A stretch of 64,000 bases of DNA, from assembly GCF_051954495.1 (NCBI RefSeq), contig NZ_JBQCHR010000082.1, positions 5,874 to 69,873 on the forward strand, in the 5' to 3' direction. Source of the DNA: Trinickia sp. GTDB lineage: Bacteria > Pseudomonadota > Gammaproteobacteria > Burkholderiales > Burkholderiaceae. The notes below the pieces were generated by a model that did no database searches, had not been told where the DNA came from, and saw only the letters and a list, made by a program, of their open reading frames with translations. The position numbers and the translations under genes are program-made. Positions 1 to 9,252 of this stretch are shown here, one piece after another; position 1 is the first letter of the stretch; each line of letters opens with the position of its first letter.

Positions 1-801
1 CGTGAGCGCCATCGCGCCTTTGAGGTCCAGCTTGCGCGCCACGGCCTCGCGCCCGCGATCGAGCAGCGTCGTGACGAAGTCGCGCGTATAGCCGATGCCC
101 GCTTTGACTTGCTCGGAATCGATCAGTGCGGGGCCTCGGCCCGGCACGAGCTTCTCGGCGCCCAGCGCATCGAGCGCGTCGAGCGTCGTGGGCCATGCCG
201 CAAGCTGCGCATCGCCGCAATAGCATGCGGCATCGTATTCGACGAGGTCGCCGGAAAACAGCACCTTCTGCGACGGCAGCCAAACGACCGTATCGCCCTT
301 CGTATGGCCTGCGCCCAGGTGCAGGATCTTGACCTCGAGCTTGCCCAGATAGAGCGTGATTTCACGTTCGAATACGAGGGTGGGCCACGTCAGCCCGGGC
401 ACCGTCTCCACACCGGCGAACAGCCGGGGAAAACGCTCGATTTCCGATTTCATGTCGGCTTCGCCGCGCTCGACGATCATCTCGTACGTGCCGCGGCTCG
501 CAATGATGTTTTGCGCGCCCTCGGCAAAGTACGCCGAAGCGCCGAGCACGCGCACCGCGTGGTAGTGCGACAGCACGACGTGTTTGATCGGCTTGTCGGT
601 CACCGTACGAATCTTGGCGATCAAATCGCCCGCCATGGCCGGCGTGGCCGTCGTATCGACGATCAGCACGCTGTCGTCGCCGATGATCACGCCCGAGTTC
701 GGATCGCCTTCGGCCGTGTAAGCGTAGGCATTTTCGGAAAGCTGCGTGAACGTGACCTTCTTTTGTTCGAGATCGGCTTGGGATGCGAAGGCTTTTGCCA
801 T
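1..801 (-). CDS. MBL-fold metallo-hydrolase (3' end lies outside the window)
   Basis: Manual translation from ATG at 801: MAKAFASQADLEQKKVTFTQLSENAYAYTAEGDPNSGVIIGDDSVLIVDT...VVLSHYHAVRVLG...GHTKGD...SGDLV. The frame stays open to base 1 and is not in the ORF track. Confidence 0.85.
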   Translation of the reverse strand, partial: MAKAFASQADLEQKKVTFTQLSENAYAYTAEGDPNSGVIIGDDSVLIVDTTATPAMAGDLIAKIRTVTDKPIKHVVLSHYHAVRVLGASAYFAEGAQNIIASRGTYEMIVERGEADMKSEIERFPRLFAGVETVPGLTWPTLVFEREITLYLGKLEVKILHLGAGHTKGDTVVWLPSQKVLFSGDLVEYDAACYCGDAQLAAWPTTLDALDALGAEKLVPGRGPALIDSEQVKAGIGYTRDFVTTLLDRGREAVARKLDLKGAMALT

Positions 802-993
802 GTTTGTCTCGCTGGGGTGGGAAGCGTCTAGCGACGCGGGCACGAGCACGGCACGACACGCGCACGAGCAAAGGCTCGCGCGGCTTGCATGGCGTCTCGC
901 TCCATCGTTTTATCGGACTGCTTACTCTTACTGATCGGCTCCGGCTGCACGCCGAGTCGAAACCATAGTAGGCCTCCACCGGACGCTTTGTCA

Positions 994-1013
994 ATAGCAA
1001 ATCGATTTGCTAT
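994..1013. promoter_or_regulatory. Perfect 20-bp palindrome, candidate IclR operator
   Basis: ATAGCAAATCGATTTGCTAT lies between the divergent MBL hydrolase and IclR genes. Confidence 0.55.
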
Positions 1014-1106
1014 ATGCAAATCACTTCAAGACCGCATGCGGTTTCGTCGGATAAGATCGGGGCTTTCGATTCTGGAGAGGTCGGCTTGACCACGGATTCC
1101 CTTCCC

Positions 1107-2738
1107 ATGTCGCCGGGCAAAGCATCGCGCGGCGTGCAAAGCGTCGAGGTCAGCGGCAAGCTGCTCGACGTGCTCGCGCGCCAAGGCTGCGTGGGCTTGG
1201 CGGAGCTGGCCGCCGCCGCCGACATCGCGCCCGCGCAAGTCCACACCTATCTGGTGAGCCTCGTGCGGCTCGGGCTCGTCAAGCGCGAAGCCATGCTTGG
1301 CGACTACGAACCCGGCCCGCTGTCGCTACGGCTCGCGCTGCAGCACCTCGAACACCAGAGCGCCTATCGCGCCGCGCTCGACGAAGTGGCCGCGCTAGCG
1401 CAGCACTGCGGATGTTGCGTGGCCATCTGCACGGCGGGGCCGCACGGGCCTACGATCGTCCATTACGAAAACGCCGGTGCGCCGCTGCACGTGAATTTGC
1501 ATGTCGGGTCGGTGATGTCGCTGACGTCGACGTCGACGGGCCGTGTGTTTTCCGCGTTTCTGGACACCTCGCAGCGCGAGGCGATGCAGCCGCCGGTCCA
1601 TTCCAAGCCCGCCGAACGCAAATCGTTCGAACGTAGCCTTGAAACGATCCGTGCCCGTGGGCTGGAACGAGGCATCGATGCGCCGACGCCCGCGATCAGC
1701 AGCATGAGCGTCCCTGTGCTGGACGCGTCGGGCGCATTGCAATTGACGCTCACGGCGATCGGGCCGTCGAGCACGATCGATGTCGGATGGGACAGCCGTG
1801 TTGCCCAGGCGCTTCGTTCATCGGCAACGCGCATCGCCGAAAGGCTCGGTTCGGCTGCGTATGAAAGCCGCGTTGAATGCGGCCGCGAATGGGATGTCGA
1901 GCCAGGCGTAGAAGATACGGGGCAACGCGGCATTCGAACGCTCGACACGACCGGCGAGCTGCTCAATGGGCTAGTGCGCGCGGGGCGCCCTCTGATTCTG
2001 CGCGATCTAGCGGCTTGCGCGAACATGCCGGCCGCCAAGGCGTTTCCTCATCTGGTCAGCCTCGTCGCCATCGGCCTGCTCGCGCGCGACGAAGCCGGCG
2101 CGTTCAATACGGGCCCGTTGGGTCTTCAGCTGGGATTGATGGCGTTGCAGCGGCAAGCGCCCGAGCGCGACGCCGATCATGAAATCGCACGGCTGGCGTC
2201 GGAGACCGGCTTGACGGTGGCCGCCGCGGTGCTCGGCCCGCTCGGGCCTACCGTCATCCGCCTTGCGGAGTCCACGCAGCCGGTCCATGTCAGCTTGCGC
2301 GTGGGGACCGTTCTGTCGCTGCTGCACACGGCGATCGGGCGCGTATTCGCCGCCTACCTCGGCGAAGAACCGCTGCGCGACATGCTCGCCCTCGAAGCGC
2401 TGCGTCTTGCAGGTTCGGAGCAAGGCTCAACCGTCGATGCGCAACGAAAGGGTAAGCCGCAGGCGGACATGCTTGGGAGTCCTGATCGATCGCTGCTCGA
2501 GCGCATTCGCCGCGAAGGGATCGATGCCGCGCTCGGCGCGCCGATTCCGGGTATCGACGCCCTGGCGGCGCCCGTGTTCGATCACACGGGCGCGGTTCGC
2601 CTCGTTCTTGCGCTCATCGGATCGACTGGAAGCTTCGAGAGCGGCTTTGAGGGGATGCCTGCGCGGCGGCTGGTGCGGGCGACGCGTCAATTGTCGTGGC
2701 GCCTCGGTTGGGCGCCTGTTGCGACGGTTGCCGTTTGA
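1107..2738 (+). CDS. Tandem double IclR-family transcriptional regulator
   Basis: Two IclR units in one frame (RGVQSVEVSGKLL...HTYLVSL...GPL and RGIRTLDTTGELL...FPHLVSL...GPL), each followed by an IclR effector domain. Likely start is ATG 1107. Confidence 0.85.
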   Translation: MSPGKASRGVQSVEVSGKLLDVLARQGCVGLAELAAAADIAPAQVHTYLVSLVRLGLVKREAMLGDYEPGPLSLRLALQHLEHQSAYRAALDEVAALAQHCGCCVAICTAGPHGPTIVHYENAGAPLHVNLHVGSVMSLTSTSTGRVFSAFLDTSQREAMQPPVHSKPAERKSFERSLETIRARGLERGIDAPTPAISSMSVPVLDASGALQLTLTAIGPSSTIDVGWDSRVAQALRSSATRIAERLGSAAYESRVECGREWDVEPGVEDTGQRGIRTLDTTGELLNGLVRAGRPLILRDLAACANMPAAKAFPHLVSLVAIGLLARDEAGAFNTGPLGLQLGLMALQRQAPERDADHEIARLASETGLTVAAAVLGPLGPTVIRLAESTQPVHVSLRVGTVLSLLHTAIGRVFAAYLGEEPLRDMLALEALRLAGSEQGSTVDAQRKGKPQADMLGSPDRSLLERIRREGIDAALGAPIPGIDALAAPVFDHTGAVRLVLALIGSTGSFESGFEGMPARRLVRATRQLSWRLGWAPVATVAV

Positions 2739-4002
2739 CCTCTTCGCTGGGCACCGGGCGCCCGAAGATCGCACCGAGCAAACCCGTGCGCCACGCGAAA
2801 ATCAGCAGCGTCGTCGATAGCGTGCCCTCGCCGATCACGCGCGCCGTCGCCATGCCGATCGCGCCGAAATGCGGCGCAAGCAGCAGCGCGGACGTGAGGT
2901 TGGCTCCCGCCGACATCAAACCCGCCACGGCCATCAGCCGATCCTTCTTACGCGGCAGAAACACGTAGAAACCCACGAACTGATTGAACGCCGAGAACGG
3001 AAACATGAAGGCGAAACGCTGGAGCACGTGTGCGCTGGGCGTGAAGGCCGCCCCCAAGATCAGCGGAAGAATCAACGGCGAGAGAATGAGCGCACCGCCC
3101 AGTGCAAGAAAGCCATAGCTGAACAGCAACGCGGCGCCCCGACGCGACGTCGCACGCGCGCCTTGGTGGTCGTTCTGCGCGATTTGCCGAGAGATCGTCG
3201 GAATGAACACCTGCGCGGCCGGCCCCATGAGACTGAGGCCAATCGTCGCAAACCGCTCGGCCGCGCCGTAGTAGCCGACTTGCGTCGGCGTGGACAGCAG
3301 CGTGAGCAAGTACGTCGATGCCGACGTCAACACGACCGAACCCGTCGAGTACAAGAACAGCATCGTCGAATCGCGCATGAGCCCGGGCACGCCGCGCCAG
3401 TCGAGCCGCGGCCGGCCGACATCCCTCAACGTCAGCCAATAGGCGATGGACGTCGAGCAAACGCAAGCCATCAGCAGGCTCGCGAGCACCCAGGTCGAAT
3501 CGGCGGGGCCTCGCACGAGCGACAGCACGAGCACGAGACTCAACGCGAAGCCCACCACCTCGAGAATGATCGGCGTGCGGAATTGATGGCGCCCTTGGAA
3601 CAGCCAGCTCAAATTCCATCCGTTGAGAATGCCGAGCAGCATTGCAAGTATGCCGATGAGCGGGCGCTGCGACAGCACCGGGGAACAGAACGTAGCCGTG
3701 AGCCCGACGATGCCGCCGAGCGTGCCCATCATCAAGCGCGCACTCAAATGCAGCGAAAAGATCTCGTTGTACTCGCGCCGCTCATGCGCTCTGGACACCT
3801 CGCGCATGCCGACGAACGTGAAGCCGAAGCTTACGAGCATCCAGATGACGTTCATCAACGACATGGCCGCGAGCACGCGGCCGTACTCGGTCACGCCGAG
3901 CACTCGCCCATAAAACGGGATGACCACCAAGAGGTACAAGTACCTCATGATGTAACCGCCGTACACGAAAACGAGTACGCGCGTGTTCTCTTTTTTGTCC
4001 AT
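2614..4002 (-). CDS. wzx: Polysaccharide flippase (Wzx/RfbX family)
   Basis: Multi-TM protein with YGRVLG..YG and VGYYGAAERF motifs typical of Wzx, in an EPS context. Confidence 0.8.
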   Translation of the reverse strand: MDKKENTRVLVFVYGGYIMRYLYLLVVIPFYGRVLGVTEYGRVLAAMSLMNVIWMLVSFGFTFVGMREVSRAHERREYNEIFSLHLSARLMMGTLGGIVGLTATFCSPVLSQRPLIGILAMLLGILNGWNLSWLFQGRHQFRTPIILEVVGFALSLVLVLSLVRGPADSTWVLASLLMACVCSTSIAYWLTLRDVGRPRLDWRGVPGLMRDSTMLFLYSTGSVVLTSASTYLLTLLSTPTQVGYYGAAERFATIGLSLMGPAAQVFIPTISRQIAQNDHQGARATSRRGAALLFSYGFLALGGALILSPLILPLILGAAFTPSAHVLQRFAFMFPFSAFNQFVGFYVFLPRKKDRLMAVAGLMSAGANLTSALLLAPHFGAIGMATARVIGEGTLSTTLLIFAWRTGLLGAIFGRPVPSEEVKRQPSQQAPNRGATTIDASPAPAAAQASPQSRSRSFQSIR

Positions 4003-4068
4003 AGCAATAGTTCATAGTCCGCCGCCCTTGAAGCGACGCATACGCGAAAGGGCTCAACCGCGCCGGCA

Positions 4069-5082
4069 TCAGGGCGCGGCGCTGCCTCTGCGTGCTAACG
4101 GATTGGAGATGAAGCGCACCACATAGTTCGACAGCGGCGCGTACGGGACGAGGCACAGGCACGAGAGGCCGAGCGTGCCGATTTTTTTCACCGGTCCCCA
4201 AAACGGGTTGGCGAGGATGGAGTGCAAGTAGTCGCGCGACTCGAACGCGAACCAGCGCCACCGATCGGAGAGCGGCGCGCCATAAACCTCGCTGCAAAAA
4301 ATAGCTTTCTCGTGCGAAAAATCATGAAACGACGGCGGCAACTGGACGTTCAGTCGATTGTTCGCCACATGCCGCAAGATATTCCAGCGCGCCGTGTAGG
4401 CTTTGGGCGCCTTGTTGGTTTTTTCCGAATTGGCGAAGGAGACATCCTCGGGAGCGGAATTATGTACTCGATATGCGCCAAGAGGAAACGAAATAGAGGC
4501 AACTTGACCGACAAGCGCCACGCCATAAATCGCGAAAAAATCCGCGCCGTAGCGACCTTCGGTGGTTTCGGGCATCGGGAAGATCTTGCACAGCGCGCTC
4601 TTCTTGTACGCATTGCCCGATGCGGGCGGCGAAGGGTACAACCAACCCGCGCGCAGCAGGCTGCCGCAATCCTTCGGCGCGTCCGAATGCGGCACGGTGA
4701 CGCCCATGCCGGCGCCGTCCTGGGAAATGACGTCGAGCCGGAACTGGACCTTGGCGTAGTCCCCCGACGAGAAGCACCGCATGACTTCCGTCACGGCGGT
4801 GGGATACAGCAGATCGTCGGCATCGAGCAAGATCAGGTACTCGGTGTCGACCTCTTCCAGTGCACGGTTGTACGCCGACACTTGTCCGCCGTTCGGTTTG
4901 AACACGGCGCGAATACGGGAACCGTACCCTTCGATGATCGCACGCGAGCGGTCCGTGGAACCGTCGTCGACGACGAGCACCTGGGTTGCGGGGTAGTCCT
5001 GCGCCAGGGCTGAGTCAATGGCATCGGCAAGATACCGCTCGTAATTGTAGGTGCAGATCGCGATCGTTACGGCCTTCATCAT
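4069..5082 (-). CDS. GT2 glycosyltransferase
   Basis: IAICTYNYERYLADAIDSAL, VVDDGSTD and LLDADD motifs. Confidence 0.9.
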   Translation of the reverse strand: MMKAVTIAICTYNYERYLADAIDSALAQDYPATQVLVVDDGSTDRSRAIIEGYGSRIRAVFKPNGGQVSAYNRALEEVDTEYLILLDADDLLYPTAVTEVMRCFSSGDYAKVQFRLDVISQDGAGMGVTVPHSDAPKDCGSLLRAGWLYPSPPASGNAYKKSALCKIFPMPETTEGRYGADFFAIYGVALVGQVASISFPLGAYRVHNSAPEDVSFANSEKTNKAPKAYTARWNILRHVANNRLNVQLPPSFHDFSHEKAIFCSEVYGAPLSDRWRWFAFESRDYLHSILANPFWGPVKKIGTLGLSCLCLVPYAPLSNYVVRFISNPLARRGSAAP

Positions 5083-5345
5083 CTGAAGCTACTCCTCTTG
5101 GCAATCGATAACTAAAGGATCATTATTCGTCGGCAGTCTCCGCGTCGCCGCGCTCGCTATCCTCGCCCAAGCGGATAATCGCAGCCCCTCTTGTGTTGCA
5201 CTGCAGAATAAACGACAAAAAAAGGTGCGGTACGAAGCGGGCTGAAAATCCCGAGGTCTTGACCGAATAGGTTGACAGTTCCCGCTCGATTGCACAAAAG
5301 GGGAGCAGCGAAAATAGCGCGGCCATTTCACCCTCGGGGTTATCG

Positions 5346-7679
5346 ATGAATCACACGATGTTTATCGCGCGCTCAAGTGAGCCCGTCGCATTGCGCAGCC
5401 CGCGCCTCATGCTCAGGCCCATTTCACTTTCGATTCTTTCCGCCCTTTCGCTGTGCGTTCCCGCAGCCTATGCAGGCCCCTTGCCAACCGGCGGCAACTT
5501 CGTTGCCGGCGCGGGGTCCATCGCAACGACAGGCACGACCGTGACCATCAACCAAACGTCGAGCCGAGGGGTCGTCGATTGGACGAGCTTCTCGATCGGC
5601 AGCGGCAATCACGTCGTCTTCAGCAACGGCACAGGCGCCACGCTCAATCGCGTCACCGGCACGAGCGCATCGAATCTGTACGGCGCACTATCGGCCACGG
5701 GCAGCGTCTATCTAATCAATCCGCACGGTGTCGTGGTCGGTTCGAGCGGCGTCGTCTCGACAGGCGGACGATTCGTCGCATCGACGCTCGACACCCCGAA
5801 TTCCGCGTTCATGCAAGGCGGCTCCCTGACCTTCGCAGGCAATTCCAATGCCCGCGTCGTCAACTTCGGCAAGATCGGTTCGAGCGGCGGCGACGTCATT
5901 CTCATTTCGCGCAATGAAGCCGCGAATATGGGCTCGATCAGTGCACCAAAGGGCACCGCGGAGCTTGCCGCCGGCCAACAGATTCTGTTGCAAGACTCAT
6001 CCAGCGGCAAGCAAGTTTTCGTGCAGTCGGGTAGCGGCGGAACCGTGTTCGACACCGGCGCAATCTCGGCCGCTCAAGTCAATCTTCAGGCCGCGGACGG
6101 CAACGTCTTCGCCCTCGCGGGCACGCATAGCGCGATCCGCGCCACCGGCACCACGACGCGCGACGGCCACGTGTGGCTCGTTGCCGATCGCGGCAACGTG
6201 GTCATCGGCGGCGCCGTCGGTGCGGTCAACGCGAACGGCAAGGGAGGCGTCGTCGATTCATCGGCGCAAACGCTGTCTCTGTGCGATTGCAATACGCCGA
6301 CGGTGACCGCGGGGCAATGGAACCTCACTACCCCTTCTTTCACGGTCGATTCTGAAGCGGCGAGCGTACTTTCCCGCAGCCTCGGCGCCGGTACGTCGGT
6401 CAACGTCACGACGACGGGCGCGTCAGGCGATGCGGGCGACCTCGAAATCGGATCCGATCTGCGTTGGCAGGGATCGGCTTCGCTTACGCTTGGCGCACAA
6501 CACAACGTCGTCGTCGATCAAGGCGCGACGATCCAGAACCGGGGCAACGGCAATCTGACGCTGCGCGCCGACGCATCGGGAATCGACAACGGCGGCAGCA
6601 TACTCAATCAAGGCACGATCGACTGGTCGGGCAGCATGGGTATCGTCAGCGCGCTGTACGACATGAACGGAACGTACTCGCCCGGCGCCTTGCTCTCGAA
6701 TACGGGATGGGTCGCGGCTCCCTATAGCGGATTGCTCTCGCAGATCACGGCCTACAAGCTCGTCAATTCGCTGGCCGATCTGCAAAACGTCTCGCTCGAT
6801 TTGACGGGCACGTACGCGCTCGGCAAAGACATCGAAGCGTCGGGGGCGGACTTCACGCCGCTTGGCGATACCACCACCGCATTCACAGGCCAGTTCGACG
6901 GCATGGGCCATACGATCGACAAGATATCGCCGCAGCAGCAGGCATTCTGGCAGCCCACGGGCTTGTTCGGCGTCGTGGGCCAAGCGGGCGTCTTACGCAA
7001 CGTAGGCGTCACCAACAGCAACGTCGGCTACGACGATGCCCCCGCGGGCATACTCGTCGGCGACAACAAGGGGCTTGTGACGAACAGCTACACGAGCGGC
7101 ATCCTGTACGCAACCAATGAAGATTCGACGACCACGGGCGGCCTCGTCGGCCAAAACGACGGCACGATCACCCGCTCGTGGAGCAGCGCCACGTCCGATA
7201 CGCAAGGATTGGCCGGCGGCCTCGTGGGTGAAAACACCGGCAGCATCGTCCAGTCGTATGCCACCGGCGACGTCACCGGCCCGCTTCATGTCGCACCGGG
7301 CGGTCTCGTCGGCGACAACAAAGGTCTTATTTCGCAGTCCTATTCAACCGGTATGGTGAAGGGCGGCATGGGCGGCGGCGGCCTCGTCTACTCCAACGAA
7401 GGCACGATCGACGAATCGTTCGACGTCGGCAATGTGAACATGTGGTCGCCGGCCGGCGTGGCTTATATCAATACCGGTACGATCAAATCCGTGTATTGGA
7501 ACGTGGAGACCACGGGGCAAACGAACGGCGGCAACGGCGTGCCCTCGCAGAATGGACTGACCACGGCGCAGATGAGCAATCCGGCAAGCTTCGCCTCGTG
7601 GAATTTCGGCCCCGGCGGTGCGTGGTCCATGCCGACCGGCGCGACACATCCGGTGTTGAGCTGGCAAGCCTCGCAATAA
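5346..7679 (+). CDS. TpsA-type secreted protein (haemagglutination/TPS domain plus GLUG-like repeats)
   Basis: Signal peptide ending AYA, TPS domain (LNRVTG...LINPHGVVVG), and C-terminal GGLVG.N.G.I..SY repeats. Confidence 0.85.
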   Translation: MNHTMFIARSSEPVALRSPRLMLRPISLSILSALSLCVPAAYAGPLPTGGNFVAGAGSIATTGTTVTINQTSSRGVVDWTSFSIGSGNHVVFSNGTGATLNRVTGTSASNLYGALSATGSVYLINPHGVVVGSSGVVSTGGRFVASTLDTPNSAFMQGGSLTFAGNSNARVVNFGKIGSSGGDVILISRNEAANMGSISAPKGTAELAAGQQILLQDSSSGKQVFVQSGSGGTVFDTGAISAAQVNLQAADGNVFALAGTHSAIRATGTTTRDGHVWLVADRGNVVIGGAVGAVNANGKGGVVDSSAQTLSLCDCNTPTVTAGQWNLTTPSFTVDSEAASVLSRSLGAGTSVNVTTTGASGDAGDLEIGSDLRWQGSASLTLGAQHNVVVDQGATIQNRGNGNLTLRADASGIDNGGSILNQGTIDWSGSMGIVSALYDMNGTYSPGALLSNTGWVAAPYSGLLSQITAYKLVNSLADLQNVSLDLTGTYALGKDIEASGADFTPLGDTTTAFTGQFDGMGHTIDKISPQQQAFWQPTGLFGVVGQAGVLRNVGVTNSNVGYDDAPAGILVGDNKGLVTNSYTSGILYATNEDSTTTGGLVGQNDGTITRSWSSATSDTQGLAGGLVGENTGSIVQSYATGDVTGPLHVAPGGLVGDNKGLISQSYSTGMVKGGMGGGGLVYSNEGTIDESFDVGNVNMWSPAGVAYINTGTIKSVYWNVETTGQTNGGNGVPSQNGLTTAQMSNPASFASWNFGPGGAWSMPTGATHPVLSWQASQ

Positions 7680-7705
7680 CCCTGCAATGATTTTCCGATG
7701 ACGAT

Positions 7706-7732
7706 CGGCGGCGCGCATATCGCGCGCCGCCG
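7706..7732. terminator. GC-rich hairpin between convergent genes
   Basis: CGGCGGCGCGC-ATATC-GCGCGCCGCCG, an 11-bp perfect stem with a weak U tail. Confidence 0.5.
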
Positions 7733-7741
7733 CTTCCTACC

Positions 7742-7852
7742 TCAATGCGCGATACACATGAAGTGCGCGGGCGCGACCGAACCGCTCGACAATGAAGCAG
7801 TCAAGGCGCCTACCCCCAACACAGCCGCGACAAAATAGACTAAAAGTGGCAT
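7742..7852 (-). CDS. Small hydrophobic peptide (36 aa), unknown function
   Basis: Manual translation MPLLVYFVAAVLGVGALTASLSSGSVAPAHFMCIAH. GGAG lies 7 nt upstream of the ATG, with an AT-rich region upstream of that. Confidence 0.5.
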   Translation of the reverse strand: MPLLVYFVAAVLGVGALTASLSSGSVAPAHFMCIAH

Positions 7853-8118
7853 TGTGTGACTCCGTTACGTTGATTAATTAATCGTTTGCTTTCCAACGCA
7901 ATCGCTACCAAAGACCGGTTCGCCATCTAACACCCCGATGAACCAGTCCTTTTAATACCGGCAATATCTCGCGACATGCCTAGGCGAGATTAACCAGGCA
8001 ATTTCGAGCCAATTTTTCCGCGGTCGTTAAAATACGATGAATTGGCGGTTTACCTCGATACGCGCATGGAACGCGGCAGCGGCGCGCCAGCCGATGGACG
8101 GTCGCCGCGCGGCAGACG

Positions 8119-9186
8119 CTACAATCCTGCCCTACGCATCCGCTCAAAGCCTTCCATCGACTCTTTCAACATACGCCCCCATTCGTAGTCGTGACTGTCG
8201 GGCGTGAAGCGCAACATCCCCGCTCCGGGCGTAAACGTGAGTTCGCCGAAATACACTTCTTTGCCGATCGAATACAAGTCCACGCGGACGTAGCCGAAAT
8301 CCTCGGCGAGCCGCAGCCCGACGCGTTCGATTTCCGCCCAGTTTTCGGGCCGCGGCACGGGCGCTTCGCTCGGCAAATATGGTCCGAACGTCACGTTCAT
8401 TCGACGCCACCGCTCGTCGTACAGATCGCCGCGGCAGTCGCCGAAGCGATCGGTGACCACCATCGTATGAACGCGGGGGCCCTCGGGGCGGCCGCCGAAG
8501 ATATGCAGCTTGAGGTCCGACGGTATCTTGCCCGTGCTCTCGTCGATCAAAAGCTTTTCAAAATAAATCCGAGGCTTGATGTAGCGATAGTGCCGCTCGC
8601 GCGACGATCGAGAAAAATCGATCGACAACCAATGCTCGGCGAGCTGGCTCAATTCCTCGAACGTCGTGGTCGACTTATCGTGCACGACCTTGACGTACGC
8701 GCAGCCATGATTGGCCTTCATGACAAAAGCCGTAGGCAGTGCGTCGAAAACTTCGCGAGTAAATCGATCCGGCGCGGCGATCAGTGGAATCAGATGCGCC
8801 TCGCCCACCTTTTCCCGCACGTAGTCGCGTACAGCGAGCTTATCGGTCAGCTCGACCCATCGCATGTCCGGATGCAGACATCGAAGCAAAACCCGCTCGT
8901 TGAATGCCCTCGGCCGCCGCATATTCGGCCAACGCCCAATCAGCCGGCGATGCTGAATGAGCATGAAAGCATAGTCGGGTAAGAGCCGTTTGGCGCCATG
9001 CCACATTGCTTTGAGCACGCCATGCAGCGCCGTATGGCCGGCGGCCGGTGCGTGAGCCCCGCTCGCGCCTGCCCCCGGCTGCGCGGCCCTTGCCGCGCGT
9101 GTCGCCCCGCCGCGCTCGCTGCGGACGCGCGGAGCGTGGCCCGCGGCGAGACCGCCGGGGCGCTGTCGTACTTCGACTTCGTTCAC
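8119..9186 (-). CDS. TupA-like ATP-grasp protein
   Basis: FNERVL, TDKLAVRDYV, FVMKANHGC, PRIYFEKLL, DLK and RVDLY...YFGELTFTPGAG motifs. Confidence 0.85.
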   Translation of the reverse strand: MNEVEVRQRPGGLAAGHAPRVRSERGGATRAARAAQPGAGASGAHAPAAGHTALHGVLKAMWHGAKRLLPDYAFMLIQHRRLIGRWPNMRRPRAFNERVLLRCLHPDMRWVELTDKLAVRDYVREKVGEAHLIPLIAAPDRFTREVFDALPTAFVMKANHGCAYVKVVHDKSTTTFEELSQLAEHWLSIDFSRSSRERHYRYIKPRIYFEKLLIDESTGKIPSDLKLHIFGGRPEGPRVHTMVVTDRFGDCRGDLYDERWRRMNVTFGPYLPSEAPVPRPENWAEIERVGLRLAEDFGYVRVDLYSIGKEVYFGELTFTPGAGMLRFTPDSHDYEWGRMLKESMEGFERMRRAGL

Positions 9187-9252
9187 GTCGCTCCTCCGTT
9201 ATAGTCGGCGCGTACTGCCCGCATCGCATCAGTCACGCTCGATTCGCCCCGC

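Noticed and set aside
6900-7500. Repeated GGCCTCGTCGGC-like units as a DNA repeat or CRISPR array
   Set aside because: They encode the GGLVG protein repeats of TpsA. There are no constant repeat-spacer units or cas genes in the window.
7997-8012. Sigma54-like TGGC...TTGC on the minus strand upstream of the small ORF
   Set aside because: The GG-to-GC spacing is 9 rather than the required 10.
7742-9186. RiPP (graspetide) interpretation of the ATP-grasp plus small peptide
   Set aside because: The enzyme is TupA-like, not a graspetide ligase, and the peptide has no Asp, Glu or Lys for macrocyclisation.
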